Source: Clostridium sp.
GTDB lineage: Bacteria; Bacillota; Clostridia; Clostridiales; Clostridiaceae
Direction of reading: 5' to 3'
NCBI RefSeq assembly: GCF_021372645.1
Contig: NZ_JAJFUC010000089.1
Location: 2,714-66,713 of the forward strand
DNA length: 64,000 nucleotides
The notes beneath the pieces are model-generated. The model made no database searches and was not told the DNA's origin. It saw only the letters and a program-made list of their open reading frames with translations. The translations under genes and the position numbers were made by a program. This document shows, piece by piece, positions 1 through 10,920 of this stretch; the first letter of the stretch is position 1; every line of letters starts with the position of its first letter.

Positions 1-178
1 GGAAATTGTGATTTTTCTATTTTAACTCTTAGATCGCTTCCTCTTCTCATTATTTACTCCTAATTGTATTAATATTTTTTATTATATTTATTTATATTAT
101 TATTTTAGCCTTAAGAAAATAGAAGAATATAAAAATATTTTTATATTCTATCCTTTGTTCAATGGTTAATTAAAAAAG

Positions 179-619
179 TTAATTAATATTTAGTATCTTC
201 TTTGCAATAGTATTTTTTGCCTTACTCTTCTCCATTATTGGAGCATAAATGCAGTTTAAAATAAAATATATAATTCCACCTGCTAACACTGTTGCCCCTG
301 TTCCTTTTACAAACATATATCCGAATAACCTCAACACCATATCACATAATAATACTAAAACTGCAGAAGCTGCAACTAATAATGTTTGATCAAGAATAGT
401 GGCTAAAATTAACTTAGTACATGAATTTTCCTTCTCATCTTTGTCGTTATTCTCATCATTTATCAATTTTTCAATTTCAACATTTGTATTTCCTTCCATG
501 ATATTCTGATTTTCAGAATTTGTCTGAGTTTCAGTACTTTCCATATTTGAAGTTTGAACTTCAGTTTCTTCTACCTCACTCTTTATTTCGTTTTCTTTTA
601 TATTGTCTTTTCCCAACAA
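179..619 (-). CDS. Membrane protein with acidic disordered N-terminus and RDD-like C-terminal hydrophobic segments
   Basis: TTG-start ORF of 146 aa, 17 nt downstream of the lipoprotein gene. Two hydrophobic stretches (ILATILDQTLL...; IIYFILNCIYAP) and a C-terminal TIAKKIL resembling the RDD-family ending. Confidence 0.5.
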   Translation of the reverse strand: MLGKDNIKENEIKSEVEETEVQTSNMESTETQTNSENQNIMEGNTNVEIEKLINDENNDKDEKENSCTKLILATILDQTLLVAASAVLVLLCDMVLRLFGYMFVKGTGATVLAGGIIYFILNCIYAPIMEKSKAKNTIAKKILNIN

Positions 620-636
620 AGTTTCCCCCTTATAAT

Positions 637-1335
637 CTACTCCATACTCATTTCTGCATCTGCAAATTCATATTTTTTCGTAGATAATTTATATATAATA
701 CACGTTTGGGTGGCTATAATTTCTTCTTTTAAGCCATCTATTGTGTTATTTATCTCAACTTCTGTATCTCCTTTTTTTAATTTATCAATTATTTCTTTAT
801 TTATATTAGAATAATCTCTATTTTCTTGATCCGTAAATGCTTGTATGTACTTATTAAAGGATGTTTTTCCCAAATCAAAATTATTATTTTTTATAGCATT
901 TTTACTATCAAAATTCAAACTTAACTTTAAGCTTATGTCTCCACTTTCTAACTTTTCACCATATGTTTTCATTCCAAAATACATACTTTCAATTTTGTTT
1001 GCTTCTGGCTTCTCATTATCAAAGTATATTGAATTATCATTGATGGACTCATTGTCTTCTTTCCTTATTTTTTCATCCTTCGTATATTTTACCCCTAATT
1101 CTTTTGTTATACTCTCTATTTTGGATAATTTTCCTTTAAAAAGCTTTTGTGTTTCTTCTAGTGTATACTTTTTTGCCCATTTCCCTTCTAAATTTGCATC
1201 ATTCTTATCAGAATTATCTTCCGCTCCTGTTGCTGTTTCAGTTTTCTTTTCTACATTACTACCTAAACTTTTGCACCCTATTAATGAAGTTGCTATGATT
1301 AAACTCGTTACTATACTGATAATTTTCTTAGACAA
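637..1335 (-). CDS. Lipoprotein of unknown function
   Basis: TTG start with SD GGGGAGG. Basic N-terminus, hydrophobic core and lipobox LIGC. Confidence 0.75.
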   Translation of the reverse strand: MSKKIISIVTSLIIATSLIGCKSLGSNVEKKTETATGAEDNSDKNDANLEGKWAKKYTLEETQKLFKGKLSKIESITKELGVKYTKDEKIRKEDNESINDNSIYFDNEKPEANKIESMYFGMKTYGEKLESGDISLKLSLNFDSKNAIKNNNFDLGKTSFNKYIQAFTDQENRDYSNINKEIIDKLKKGDTEVEINNTIDGLKEEIIATQTCIIYKLSTKKYEFADAEMSME

Positions 1336-1784
1336 AAAATCCTCCCCTTTTTACAGATGTTATTTATATTTATTATAAATTGTTTAATAATATCTCATCC
1401 ATGTATAAATCTATTTAAAACATATATTATAACAATTAATTAATACATAACAAACTAATATAACAATCTTATCACTTTTGTATTACAACTATGTGTCAAT
1501 ATTATACTTTTGGGTTTGTTTACATATTTTTATAATCTTAGTAGTGATTTAAAGTTTATTTTATATAATTAAGTCACATGTATTTCTATTATATATTTTT
1601 TTATCATTCCGCGCAATTATAACCATTTTAATAATTCGAAATGTAGATACCCAGCTTTTTAACTAATTATTCTAAACTATTTAAAATGTCCTATGCTTAA
1701 AATCATATTTTAAGAAATGTTTATAAATAATAAATTCAAAGGCTTAAATGTAATATCAAAAAAGAATTAAAATAAATATTATTT

Positions 1785-2483
1785 TTAAGTTTCTATTTGT
1801 TCCTTTATTCTTTCAAACATCTTTTCGCCAATTCCAGTTACATTTTTTATATCTTCTTTTGATTTGAAGCCCCCATTTTGTTCTCTGTATTCAATTATGC
1901 TTTTAGCTTTTGAATCACCTATTCCATTTAATGTTTTCAGTTGTTCTATTGTTGCTGTGTTTATATTTACTATAGAATTGGTAACTCCTTGATTATTACT
2001 TGTATTTAATTCTGAATTTGTATTTCTGTCTTCTTTGGTTATATCACTTTTATTTGCAATATAAACCAACTCATGATTTTGTAACTTTTTTGCTCTATTT
2101 ATATTACTTAAATCTGCATTTTCAGTAAGTCCACCAGCTGCTTCTATAAGCTCTTTTATTATAGCATTTTCATTCAATGTATACACATCTGGTTTTTTTA
2201 CCTCACCTTTAATTTCTACCACTATGCTTTTATCCTTTATTGGAATAGTTACTTCTTTATTAGTTGTGCTAATACTATTATTGTTTGCTGTTCCTGCTGA
2301 TGTATCAGTATCTTCCATTTCGTCAACAAAAATACTTTCTGTATCATTTTTCTTTAATTCTTTAAATCCAGATTTTAAATATAAAGTTCCAAATGCAATT
2401 AATACAATAATTAATATAATAAACATGCCTATTTTTTTCTTATCCTTTAGCAATTTTTGTATCATTTTTTGTCTCCTTGGCAT
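1785..2483 (-). CDS. comEA: ComEA family DNA-binding protein (TM + SLBB + helix-hairpin-helix)
   Basis: IVVEIKGEVKKPDVY SLBB motif; VNINTAT..QLKTLNGIGDSKAKSIIEYREQNGGF HhH motif. Exact start uncertain. Confidence 0.9.
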   Translation of the reverse strand: MPRRQKMIQKLLKDKKKIGMFIILIIVLIAFGTLYLKSGFKELKKNDTESIFVDEMEDTDTSAGTANNNSISTTNKEVTIPIKDKSIVVEIKGEVKKPDVYTLNENAIIKELIEAAGGLTENADLSNINRAKKLQNHELVYIANKSDITKEDRNTNSELNTSNNQGVTNSIVNINTATIEQLKTLNGIGDSKAKSIIEYREQNGGFKSKEDIKNVTGIGEKMFERIKEQIET

Positions 2484-2728
2484 ACTATTTCTAGAAAACT
2501 TATATTTCTCTTTTACATATTGTTTCCATTTTTATTATACTTTAGACTATTATTGGAATTAATATTAACTTTTATATAGCATAATTCTAATTTTTTTGAT
2601 AGAATATATTTTAATGTAACTAAAATATTTAATATATATGTTGTATCAACGAATCAATATAAAAATATCTAATAATAACTCAATTTAGTTAAAATTCACA
2701 TTACAACATATATGGCATGGAGAATTTT

Positions 2729-3964
2729 ATGAGAAGAATTTTAAAAACACTTAATATAATATTTTTATTTCTATTTTTCCTTACGTATATTAATGTACAA
2801 GCAGAGACAACTTCCCTTCAAATTAATGCTGAAGGATGTGTCTTAATAGATGCGTCTACTGGTGAAGTATTATATGGTAAAAATGAAGAAAAAGTTTTAG
2901 AGCCTGCTTCAACAACTAAAGTAATAACTGCACTTATAACTTTAGAAAAGTGCAAACTAGATGATGAAGTTACAGTTCAGGAAGACTTTACAAAAATAGA
3001 TGGAACTACTATTGGACTATTAAAAGGCGATGTATTAACTGTGCGTGATTTACTTCTAGGTCTTCTTTTAGAATCTGGAAACGATTGTGCAAATGCTTTA
3101 GCTGATCATATATCCGGAAATATAACTGAGTTTTCTAAACTTATGAATGCTAAAGCAAAAGAACTTGGAGCCTTACATACAAACTTTAAAAATCCAAGTG
3201 GATTACCAGATCCAGAACATACAACAACAGCACATGATTTAGCATTGTTTTTAAAAGAAGCTATAAATAATAAAGATTATATTGATATTTCTACGACTCC
3301 ATTTTATACAATAACACTGAAAAATAATCCTGCAAAATCTATCATAATAAACAATAAAAACTATATGATTAATAAAAATTCTAGATATTATTATCCTTTT
3401 GCCATATGTGGTAAAAATGGATATACAACTAAATCAAATCAAACTTATGTGGCTGCTGCTGAAAAGGATGGCCATGTACTTGTAGCTGCCTTTTTAAATG
3501 CACTTAATAAGGATCAAAATTTTCATGACATGCAAACTGTTTTTAATTATGGCTTTGATAATTATTCTTTAGTACATCTTTATAAGAAAGGTGATCAAAT
3601 TTCAGAATATAAAATAAATAATGAACTTACAATACCCGTTATAAGTGCAAAGAATATAGATTATATTGTTCCTAAAGGAAAAGAGAATACAATATCTTCC
3701 AAGATTAAAATAGAAGATACTGATTTAAGTAAAAAATCTTTTAATAAAGGTGATCCTATATTAAAAGGAACAGTTTATGTAAATGATAAAGAATACATAA
3801 CTGTTGATTTAGAAGCTGGAGTTTCTAGATCTTATGAACCTCTAATTTCAGTTAAAGCTTTATCTCAAAAATATAACATTCCAATTTATATTGGATCTAG
3901 TGTTGCTATTTTAGCTGGATTATTTGGTTTAATAAGATTTATAAATAATAAATTTTTAAAATAA
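2729..3964 (+). CDS. Serine D-alanyl-D-alanine carboxypeptidase (peptidase S11), C-terminal membrane anchor
   Basis: SxxK (ASTTK), SxN (SGN), third motif KNG. Start moved from 2717 to ATG 2729 because GGAG (2719-2722) is then a properly spaced SD. Confidence 0.88.
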   Translation: MRRILKTLNIIFLFLFFLTYINVQAETTSLQINAEGCVLIDASTGEVLYGKNEEKVLEPASTTKVITALITLEKCKLDDEVTVQEDFTKIDGTTIGLLKGDVLTVRDLLLGLLLESGNDCANALADHISGNITEFSKLMNAKAKELGALHTNFKNPSGLPDPEHTTTAHDLALFLKEAINNKDYIDISTTPFYTITLKNNPAKSIIINNKNYMINKNSRYYYPFAICGKNGYTTKSNQTYVAAAEKDGHVLVAAFLNALNKDQNFHDMQTVFNYGFDNYSLVHLYKKGDQISEYKINNELTIPVISAKNIDYIVPKGKENTISSKIKIEDTDLSKKSFNKGDPILKGTVYVNDKEYITVDLEAGVSRSYEPLISVKALSQKYNIPIYIGSSVAILAGLFGLIRFINNKFLK

Positions 3965-3998
3965 CCGAGCTATTTTAAAGTGAATTAATTGCTTTAAA

Positions 3999-4901
3999 TT
4001 ATTTTAATTTATTTATTAATTCCTTCATATCTTGTGGAAGTTCTGATTTAAGTGAAAGCATTTCTCCAGTTCTTGGAGATTTAAAATTTAGTGCATAAGC
4101 ATGTAGTGCTTGCCTCTTTATTAATTCTTCTTCCTCTTCTCCATGTCCATATAAAGTATCCCCATAAATCGGATGGCCAATGCTACTTAAATGTACTCTA
4201 ATTTGATGTGTTCTTCCTGTTTCAAGCTTACATTCAACTAAACTTGCATTTTCAAAATTTTCAATAACCTTATAATGAGTTATACTTCTTTGACCTCTTT
4301 CATCTATTATTCTCCTAATTCCATTTTCAATTCCTTCTGGCTTGTATATTGGTAAATCAATGGTTCCAGAATCTTTTTCTAAATTATCATGAACTATTGC
4401 TAAATACCTTTTCTCAACTTTATTTTCGCTCATTTCCTTTGATAGTGTTCCATGTGCGAATTGATTTTTAGCAATTATAATAAGTCCTGACGTGTTCATA
4501 TCCAATCTAGAGACTAATCTAACTATACAGTTTTGATTACTTTCCATAAAGTAATTTATTAGTCCATTAGCAAGAGTTCCACTTTGATAATTTTTAGTTG
4601 GATGAACTACCATAAAAGGTTTTTTATTAACTACTAATATATCTTCATCTTCATAAATTCTATCTATATCCATCTTTTCTGGAGCTATATCTTGACTTTC
4701 ATCTTTTGCTAAATCAATTTTTATAATTTCTCCAGCATTTAATATATGATTCATTTTTACCACTTCACCATTAACAAATATCCTTTTATCAATGGAAGCA
4801 CTTCGTATTAATCTTGTTGATAATCCAAGCTCAGTTTTTAAATATTCTCTTATTTTAGTTCCTTCTTCTATCTTAATAATCTTTTTTTCTAAAATACTCA
4901 T
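3999..4901 (-). CDS. RluA/RluD family pseudouridine synthase
   Basis: N-terminal S4-like domain, VVNKKPFMVVHP, catalytic SRLDMNTSG, TGRTHQIRVHL. Confidence 0.93.
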   Translation of the reverse strand: MSILEKKIIKIEEGTKIREYLKTELGLSTRLIRSASIDKRIFVNGEVVKMNHILNAGEIIKIDLAKDESQDIAPEKMDIDRIYEDEDILVVNKKPFMVVHPTKNYQSGTLANGLINYFMESNQNCIVRLVSRLDMNTSGLIIIAKNQFAHGTLSKEMSENKVEKRYLAIVHDNLEKDSGTIDLPIYKPEGIENGIRRIIDERGQRSITHYKVIENFENASLVECKLETGRTHQIRVHLSSIGHPIYGDTLYGHGEEEEELIKRQALHAYALNFKSPRTGEMLSLKSELPQDMKELINKLK

Positions 4902-4949
4902 TTAATTTATCTACTCCTCATGTAACTGAATGATGAATGGATATTTTAC

Positions 4950-6245
4950 TTATTCACCAAATGTTTTAAAATCTTTACCTAAAATTATGATTACATCATA
5001 CTCATTATATTCTTGCTTATTATCTTTTTTATCACTATCTTTAATATTTAAATCTTGTTTAATAGTTTTTAATTTATCACTGTCATTAGCAAGTATTATA
5101 CTCTTATCACTAATCTCAGTATTTCCTGTATCAATCTTTGTATATCCAGCATCATTCAATTCTTTTGTTACTTTAGCTGCTAATCCATTAATTTTAGTTG
5201 CATTTAATATTTTAATTCTAATATCATCTTTTGATGTATTTACAGATATATTTTTAGAAACAGAAGCTGAACTAAGTGATGATATTATATCTTTATTTAC
5301 ATTTTTATCAAATATTAAAAATGATTCTCCATTTATAGTCTTTGGTATTCCTGCTACTGTTAGCATTACTATATTTTCTTTTTTTATGTTCATGAATTTT
5401 AATCCATAACTTAAAATTTTAGTAGATGATATATTAGTTTCTATATTATTCCCTAAGGCTGACATTATACTCGGAACTCTAAATAATATAAAAGGACTTG
5501 TACACTTGTCAACAACTTTTGATATAAACTTTTGTTGATTTTCTATTCTATCTAAATCCCCATTAGCAAATCCACTTCCATCATTATTTTTTCTCCACCT
5601 AAAAAATTCTTCAGCTTTTTTACCATCTAAAGTTACAGTTTCTCCAGCTTTAAAATTAATATGAAGATTTTGACCTTCATCATCATAAATCATATTTCTT
5701 TCAATTTTCATTTCAATCCCCCCAATAGCATCAACAATTTCTCGGAAGGCATTATAATCTATTTTAACTATATAATTTATTTTTATATTCAACAAACTTT
5801 CAGCTTGCGATTTTATTTTAGGATATCCACCAATTGCGTAAGCTGCATTTATCTTAACATTTCTATCATTAAGATTTATTAATGTATCTCTTGGAATTGA
5901 TATAATATTTAATTTCTTGTTTGTAGGATTATAATTTATCACCATTATTGTATCTGTTCTTTTAATTGATTCATTATCAACTTGCTTTGGATCTCCTATA
6001 TCCATCCCAAGTAATAAAATATTTACTGGTTCATTTAATGATACATCTATGCCGCTTGGCATTGATTTACTTTCTATCTTCATTAAAGCAGAAATTCCTG
6101 ATACCATTGAAATTATAATAAATGTTATTACAAGAGCTATTAATCCTAGAACTAATTTTTCGGGTATTATAGTAGAATTATCATTTTTTCTGAAAATTTT
6201 TGAAAATATTTTTTGCTTCCTTCTATTATCTGTTCTTCTCCCCAT
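4950..6245 (-). CDS. LCP (LytR-CpsA-Psr) family wall-polymer transferase with LytR C-terminal domain
   Basis: RTDTIMV, SIPRDT, KINAAY and DLDRIENQQ motifs; C-terminal ILNAT..NGLA LytR_C motif. Confidence 0.92.
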   Translation of the reverse strand: MGRRTDNRRKQKIFSKIFRKNDNSTIIPEKLVLGLIALVITFIIISMVSGISALMKIESKSMPSGIDVSLNEPVNILLLGMDIGDPKQVDNESIKRTDTIMVINYNPTNKKLNIISIPRDTLINLNDRNVKINAAYAIGGYPKIKSQAESLLNIKINYIVKIDYNAFREIVDAIGGIEMKIERNMIYDDEGQNLHINFKAGETVTLDGKKAEEFFRWRKNNDGSGFANGDLDRIENQQKFISKVVDKCTSPFILFRVPSIMSALGNNIETNISSTKILSYGLKFMNIKKENIVMLTVAGIPKTINGESFLIFDKNVNKDIISSLSSASVSKNISVNTSKDDIRIKILNATKINGLAAKVTKELNDAGYTKIDTGNTEISDKSIILANDSDKLKTIKQDLNIKDSDKKDNKQEYNEYDVIIILGKDFKTFGE

Positions 6246-6344
6246 GTATCCACCCTCTTATATCTTGAGATCAGTTAATATATTTCACTAGAAATTATTT
6301 AACTTTATTCTAATTCAATGTAATTAACTACATTTTTTTAAAAA

Positions 6345-6923
6345 TTATCCTTTAAATTTAGGATCAAATAAAAAATAATTCCTGGCTCTAATAGTGTTTT
6401 CATCAATTAGTAAATTCTTAGTTAATAAAAATTTTATACTATAAGTCAATCCATAATATACTCCCATGTCTAGACTTTCAAATGTAACTTTTCTTATGGA
6501 TTCAACTCCCTCAAAGTTTCTGCTTGGTTCTACCATATCTGCAATATATATAATCTTCGTTAGAATAGACATATTTTCTTTTCCTGTAGTATGCCATCTT
6601 ATTGCATCCAATATTTCTTCATCCTCAATCCCAAGTTTATCCTTAGCCTCTATATGTCCAATAATACTGTGCCATAAGTTTGCATTATTTTCTTCTACCT
6701 CTGAAAGAACAATGTTATGTTCTTTCATAATTTCTTTCATTTTATATTTAGATAAATTTTTGGCTACATCATGTGCAAGACCTGCAATTTCAGCTTTTTC
6801 TTCTACAACTCCATTTAACTTAGCTAATATTTTAGCTGTTTCTGCAACACCTAAAATATGTATATAACGTTTTTCTGTTAAATTTGCTTTAAGATATAAT
6901 TTCATTTCTTCAATAGATAACAA
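6345..6923 (-). CDS. yqeK: YqeK HD-domain symmetric Ap4A hydrolase
   Basis: RYIH, AGLAHD, HTTG, IYIADMVEPSRNF; TTG start with AGGAGG; directly after nadD. Confidence 0.92.
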   Translation of the reverse strand: MLSIEEMKLYLKANLTEKRYIHILGVAETAKILAKLNGVVEEKAEIAGLAHDVAKNLSKYKMKEIMKEHNIVLSEVEENNANLWHSIIGHIEAKDKLGIEDEEILDAIRWHTTGKENMSILTKIIYIADMVEPSRNFEGVESIRKVTFESLDMGVYYGLTYSIKFLLTKNLLIDENTIRARNYFLFDPKFKG

Positions 6924-6940
6924 AATTGTTCCTCCTTGTA

Positions 6941-7558
6941 TTAGTCATTATATAATCCATTTTTATAAATAATATCCATAACTTTTAATGGTACAAAAAA
7001 GTCTATTTTTTTATTTTGATTTACTCTCTCCCTTATATCTGTTGAAGATATTTCAAGTTCTTTTAAATCTAAAATAATTATTTTCCCATTGTATTTTTTT
7101 TCTATTATTTGCTTCTTCTTTAGCATTTCTTCTTTGCTGATTCCACCTCTTGCAAAAACTACCAGGGTAGCTAATGAAAAAATCTTTTGAACATCTTTCC
7201 ATTCTTCTAGACTAATTAAACAATCTGCTCCTGTTATAAAAAATAATTCTTTTTCTTGATTTTGAGCATCGTTTTTACCTTTAAAATATTGTAATGTCTC
7301 ATGAGTAAAGCTAATACCTCCTTTTTCTATTTCATAACTTGAAATAGAAAATCCATCAAAGGGCTCTATTGCACTTTTAACCATTTCATATCTTAATTTA
7401 GAATCTGTTACTATATTGTTAGTTTTAAATGGTTGCTTTGCTGCGGGTATAAAAATCACTTTATCTAAACCTAATTGTTCTTTAGCTTCATAAGCTATAT
7501 ATAAATGTGCATTATGAATAGGATCAAATGTACCTCCTATTATACCATACCGTTTCAT
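6941..7558 (-). CDS. nadD: Nicotinate-nucleotide adenylyltransferase
   Basis: GIIGGTFDPIHNAH, FITGAD, ISSTDIRER. Confidence 0.95.
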   Translation of the reverse strand: MKRYGIIGGTFDPIHNAHLYIAYEAKEQLGLDKVIFIPAAKQPFKTNNIVTDSKLRYEMVKSAIEPFDGFSISSYEIEKGGISFTHETLQYFKGKNDAQNQEKELFFITGADCLISLEEWKDVQKIFSLATLVVFARGGISKEEMLKKKQIIEKKYNGKIIILDLKELEISSTDIRERVNQNKKIDFFVPLKVMDIIYKNGLYND

Positions 7559-7669
7559 TAGCTTCCTCCTAAAGTAAAAATCACTATTTAAATATTATAT
7601 CACGAAGTAATCTTAAATATTAAGCATATGAAAGAATATGCCTTATTTTAAATATATTAAGTTTTACAA

Positions 7670-7710
7670 AAAAGAAGTTGCTTCAAAATAATTTTTAAAC
7701 AACTTCTTTT
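7670..7710 (-). terminator. Probable intrinsic terminator after yhbY
   Basis: Inverted repeat AAAAGAAGTTG (7670-7680) / CAACTTCTTTT (7700-7710). Confidence 0.65.
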
Positions 7711-7754
7711 TATATACTAAAATTCTAAATTAAACTTACACTTTGAATATCTAT

Positions 7755-8051
7755 TTATTTAGTTGGCAATTCTATCTTGGGCTTATTCTTTGATTGTTTA
7801 TATAAAACTATCTTATTTCCAATTGCTTGAACTCCTTCACATTTAACAGCCTTACATATCATATCTGAAGTTTCTCTAGATTCTAATCCACTGTTTTCTA
7901 AAACCTTTATTTTAATTAATTCTCTAGCTTCTAATGCTTGAGAAACTTGTATTAAAAAGTTTTCTTCAACACCATTTTTGCCAATTTGAAATATTGGTGA
8001 AAGTTGATTAGCTAAGCCTCTTAAATAAGCTCTTTGTTTTCCTGTTATCAT
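7755..8051 (-). CDS. yhbY: Ribosome assembly RNA-binding protein YhbY (CRM domain)
   Basis: KQRAYLRGLAN, QIGKNG, ELIKIKVL, QAIG. Confidence 0.95.
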   Translation of the reverse strand: MITGKQRAYLRGLANQLSPIFQIGKNGVEENFLIQVSQALEARELIKIKVLENSGLESRETSDMICKAVKCEGVQAIGNKIVLYKQSKNKPKIELPTK

Positions 8052-8125
8052 TATATTTTCCTCCTAAAATTTGTTTCAACATATATTTGTTGTATTAATT
8101 ATCCTGGGGGGCTTTTTTAAATTCA

Positions 8126-9448
<1,323 letters not shown>

Positions 9449-9625
9449 TTATCTGATATCTAGCAGCTCTAAAGCGCCCATATCCTTATATAGGAGTTTA
9501 CTTAATAAGTATAATTTTTCTAAAGCATAATATAAATTATTATTCCCTAGAAAATCTCATCTTATTATATCATATTTGATTTAATATTTAATCTGAACTA
9601 AAAATTCTATTTTTTACTTATATTT

Positions 9626-9658
9626 AAAAAAGCACTCTTAAACTAAGAGTGCTTTTTT
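9626..9658 (-). terminator. Intrinsic terminator after rpmA
   Basis: Perfect 15-bp arms AAAAAAGCACTCTTA / TAAGAGTGCTTTTTT with a 3-nt loop. Confidence 0.9.
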
Positions 9659-9668
9659 TCTAAAGTAA

Positions 9669-9968
9669 TTATTCAGCTATTGCTTCAACGTTTATTGGGT
9701 AAACACTTGCTTTTTTCTTATCTCTACCAAGTCTTTCGAATTTAACAACTCCATCAACTTTAGCAAATAAAGTATCATCTTTACCTCTTCCAACATTTTC
9801 ACCTGGGTGGATTTTAGTTCCTCTTTGTCTATAAAGAATGTTTCCAGCAAGAACAAATTCTCCATCAGCAGCTTTAGCTCCTAATCTTTGTGCTGCAGAG
9901 TCTCTACCATTCTTAGAACTACCAACTCCCTTTTTATGAGCGAATAATTGAAGGTTCATAATTAGCAT
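9669..9968 (-). CDS. rpmA: 50S ribosomal protein L27 with cleavable N-terminal extension
   Basis: [24 protein letters not shown]: Prp-cleaved leader followed by the canonical L27 core. Confidence 0.98.
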   Translation of the reverse strand: MLIMNLQLFAHKKGVGSSKNGRDSAAQRLGAKAADGEFVLAGNILYRQRGTKIHPGENVGRGKDDTLFAKVDGVVKFERLGRDKKKASVYPINVEAIAE

Positions 9969-9972
9969 GTGA

Positions 9973-10359
9973 CTACACCTCCTCTTTTATTAAAATTATA
10001 TATTCTCTACGTTTCTTTTCCCCTACTATTTGATCAAATCCTAAAATTACACTTTCCAAGCTTTTTTCAAAAGTTTTTAACAACACTTGAGCTTGGTTTA
10101 GTTCTTCTAAATTAAAATCTTGAAGATCTAATTTTAAGTATCCATCTTTGATTTCGTAAGTTGAATTAAGTTTTAAAACTTCATCCAATCCAATGATTAC
10201 ACTTTGAGACAACACTGCAACAGAATTACATATTAAATCAAATGCTTCTCCTACTAAAGCAGGATCAGTTGAAAAATTCCTGTCATCACACAACGCATGA
10301 CCATTCATTACAAATCCAACAATATTATTATTATGTTGTTTGATTTTTACTTTAACCAT
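9973..10359 (-). CDS. prp: Ribosomal-processing cysteine protease Prp (YsxB/DUF464)
   Basis: Located between rplU and rpmA; GH21A ... DLIC44 catalytic His/Cys pair. Confidence 0.88.
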   Translation of the reverse strand: MVKVKIKQHNNNIVGFVMNGHALCDDRNFSTDPALVGEAFDLICNSVAVLSQSVIIGLDEVLKLNSTYEIKDGYLKLDLQDFNLEELNQAQVLLKTFEKSLESVILGFDQIVGEKKRREYIILIKEEV

Positions 10360-10366
10360 AATTTTA

Positions 10367-10678
10367 TTAAGCTTCGATCTTTTCGATTACTAGCTTAGTG
10401 TAAGGTTGTCTGTGTCCATTCTTTCTTCTATAGTCCTTTTTAGACTTATATTTGAAAACTATAACCTTTTTTGCCTTACCTTGTGCTGCAACCTTAGCTA
10501 CAACTTTAGCTCCTTCAACTACTGGTGCACCAATTTTGATACCTTCGTCAGTTCCTACAGCTAAAACTTCGTTTAATTCAACTGTTGAGTCAACATCAGC
10601 GATAAGTTTTTCAACGTATATTACGTCTCCTTCTTGAACTCTGTATTGTTTTCCTCCTGTTGCTAATACTGCGTACAT
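10367..10678 (-). CDS. rplU: 50S ribosomal protein L21
   Basis: [14 protein letters not shown] ... GHRQPYT. Confidence 0.98.
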   Translation of the reverse strand: MYAVLATGGKQYRVQEGDVIYVEKLIADVDSTVELNEVLAVGTDEGIKIGAPVVEGAKVVAKVAAQGKAKKVIVFKYKSKKDYRRKNGHRQPYTKLVIEKIEA

Positions 10679-10691
10679 TAAAACACCTCCT

Positions 10692-10763
10692 CATAACGGT
10701 CTCGCCACTTTTGGTACAAAGATTTAACTTTGTTTTATTTAAACCTTACGTGCGCGGTCTACA
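10692..10763 (-). ncRNA. Ribosomal protein L21 leader (cis-regulatory RNA)
   Basis: 5' UTR of rplU reads GUAGACCGCGCACGUAAGG...ACAAAG-UUAAAU-CUUUGU-ACC..GUGGCGAGACC, matching the Firmicute L21 leader pattern as recalled. Boundaries approximate. Confidence 0.75.
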
Positions 10764-10769
10764 AAAGCC

Positions 10770-10798
10770 ATTTTACCACAATATTCTCGTCTTGTAAA
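10770..10798 (-). promoter_or_regulatory. SigA promoter of rplU-prp-rpmA
   Basis: TTTACA-N17-TAAAAT with extended -10 TG, just upstream of the L21 leader. Confidence 0.8.
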
Positions 10799-10802
10799 GG
10801 AT

Positions 10803-10920
10803 AAAATTAAAAATTAATGAATAATTTATTGATTAATGATGAATAATTTCTGAATGAAATTCCTACGAAATTTCTATATTTCTAGTTTATATGATTTTTA
10901 ATTCTTAACTATTCATGATT
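10803..10920. repeat. Degenerate AT-rich intergenic element related to the 12386-12529 element
   Basis: Central hairpin gaaattcctacgaaatttc (10856-10874) matches 15/19 nt of 12404-12422. The left end on the reverse strand (ttcattaatttttaatt) resembles ttcattaattgtcaatt. Confidence 0.4.

Noticed and set aside
554-1378. Plus-strand ORFs 554-814 and 845-1378, and the many similar antisense ORFs in the track (e.g. 2224, 4930, 6466, 15644, 18762, 29869, 38834, 53133, 62223)
   Set aside because: They lie opposite well-supported genes, have the Phe/Ser/Ile/Leu-rich composition typical of antisense frames in AT-rich DNA, and lack SD sequences.
8101-8118. G6 tract and half-terminator-like GGGGGGCTTTTTT between obgE and yhbY
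   Set aside because: Intergenic, too short for phase variation, and without a complementary arm.
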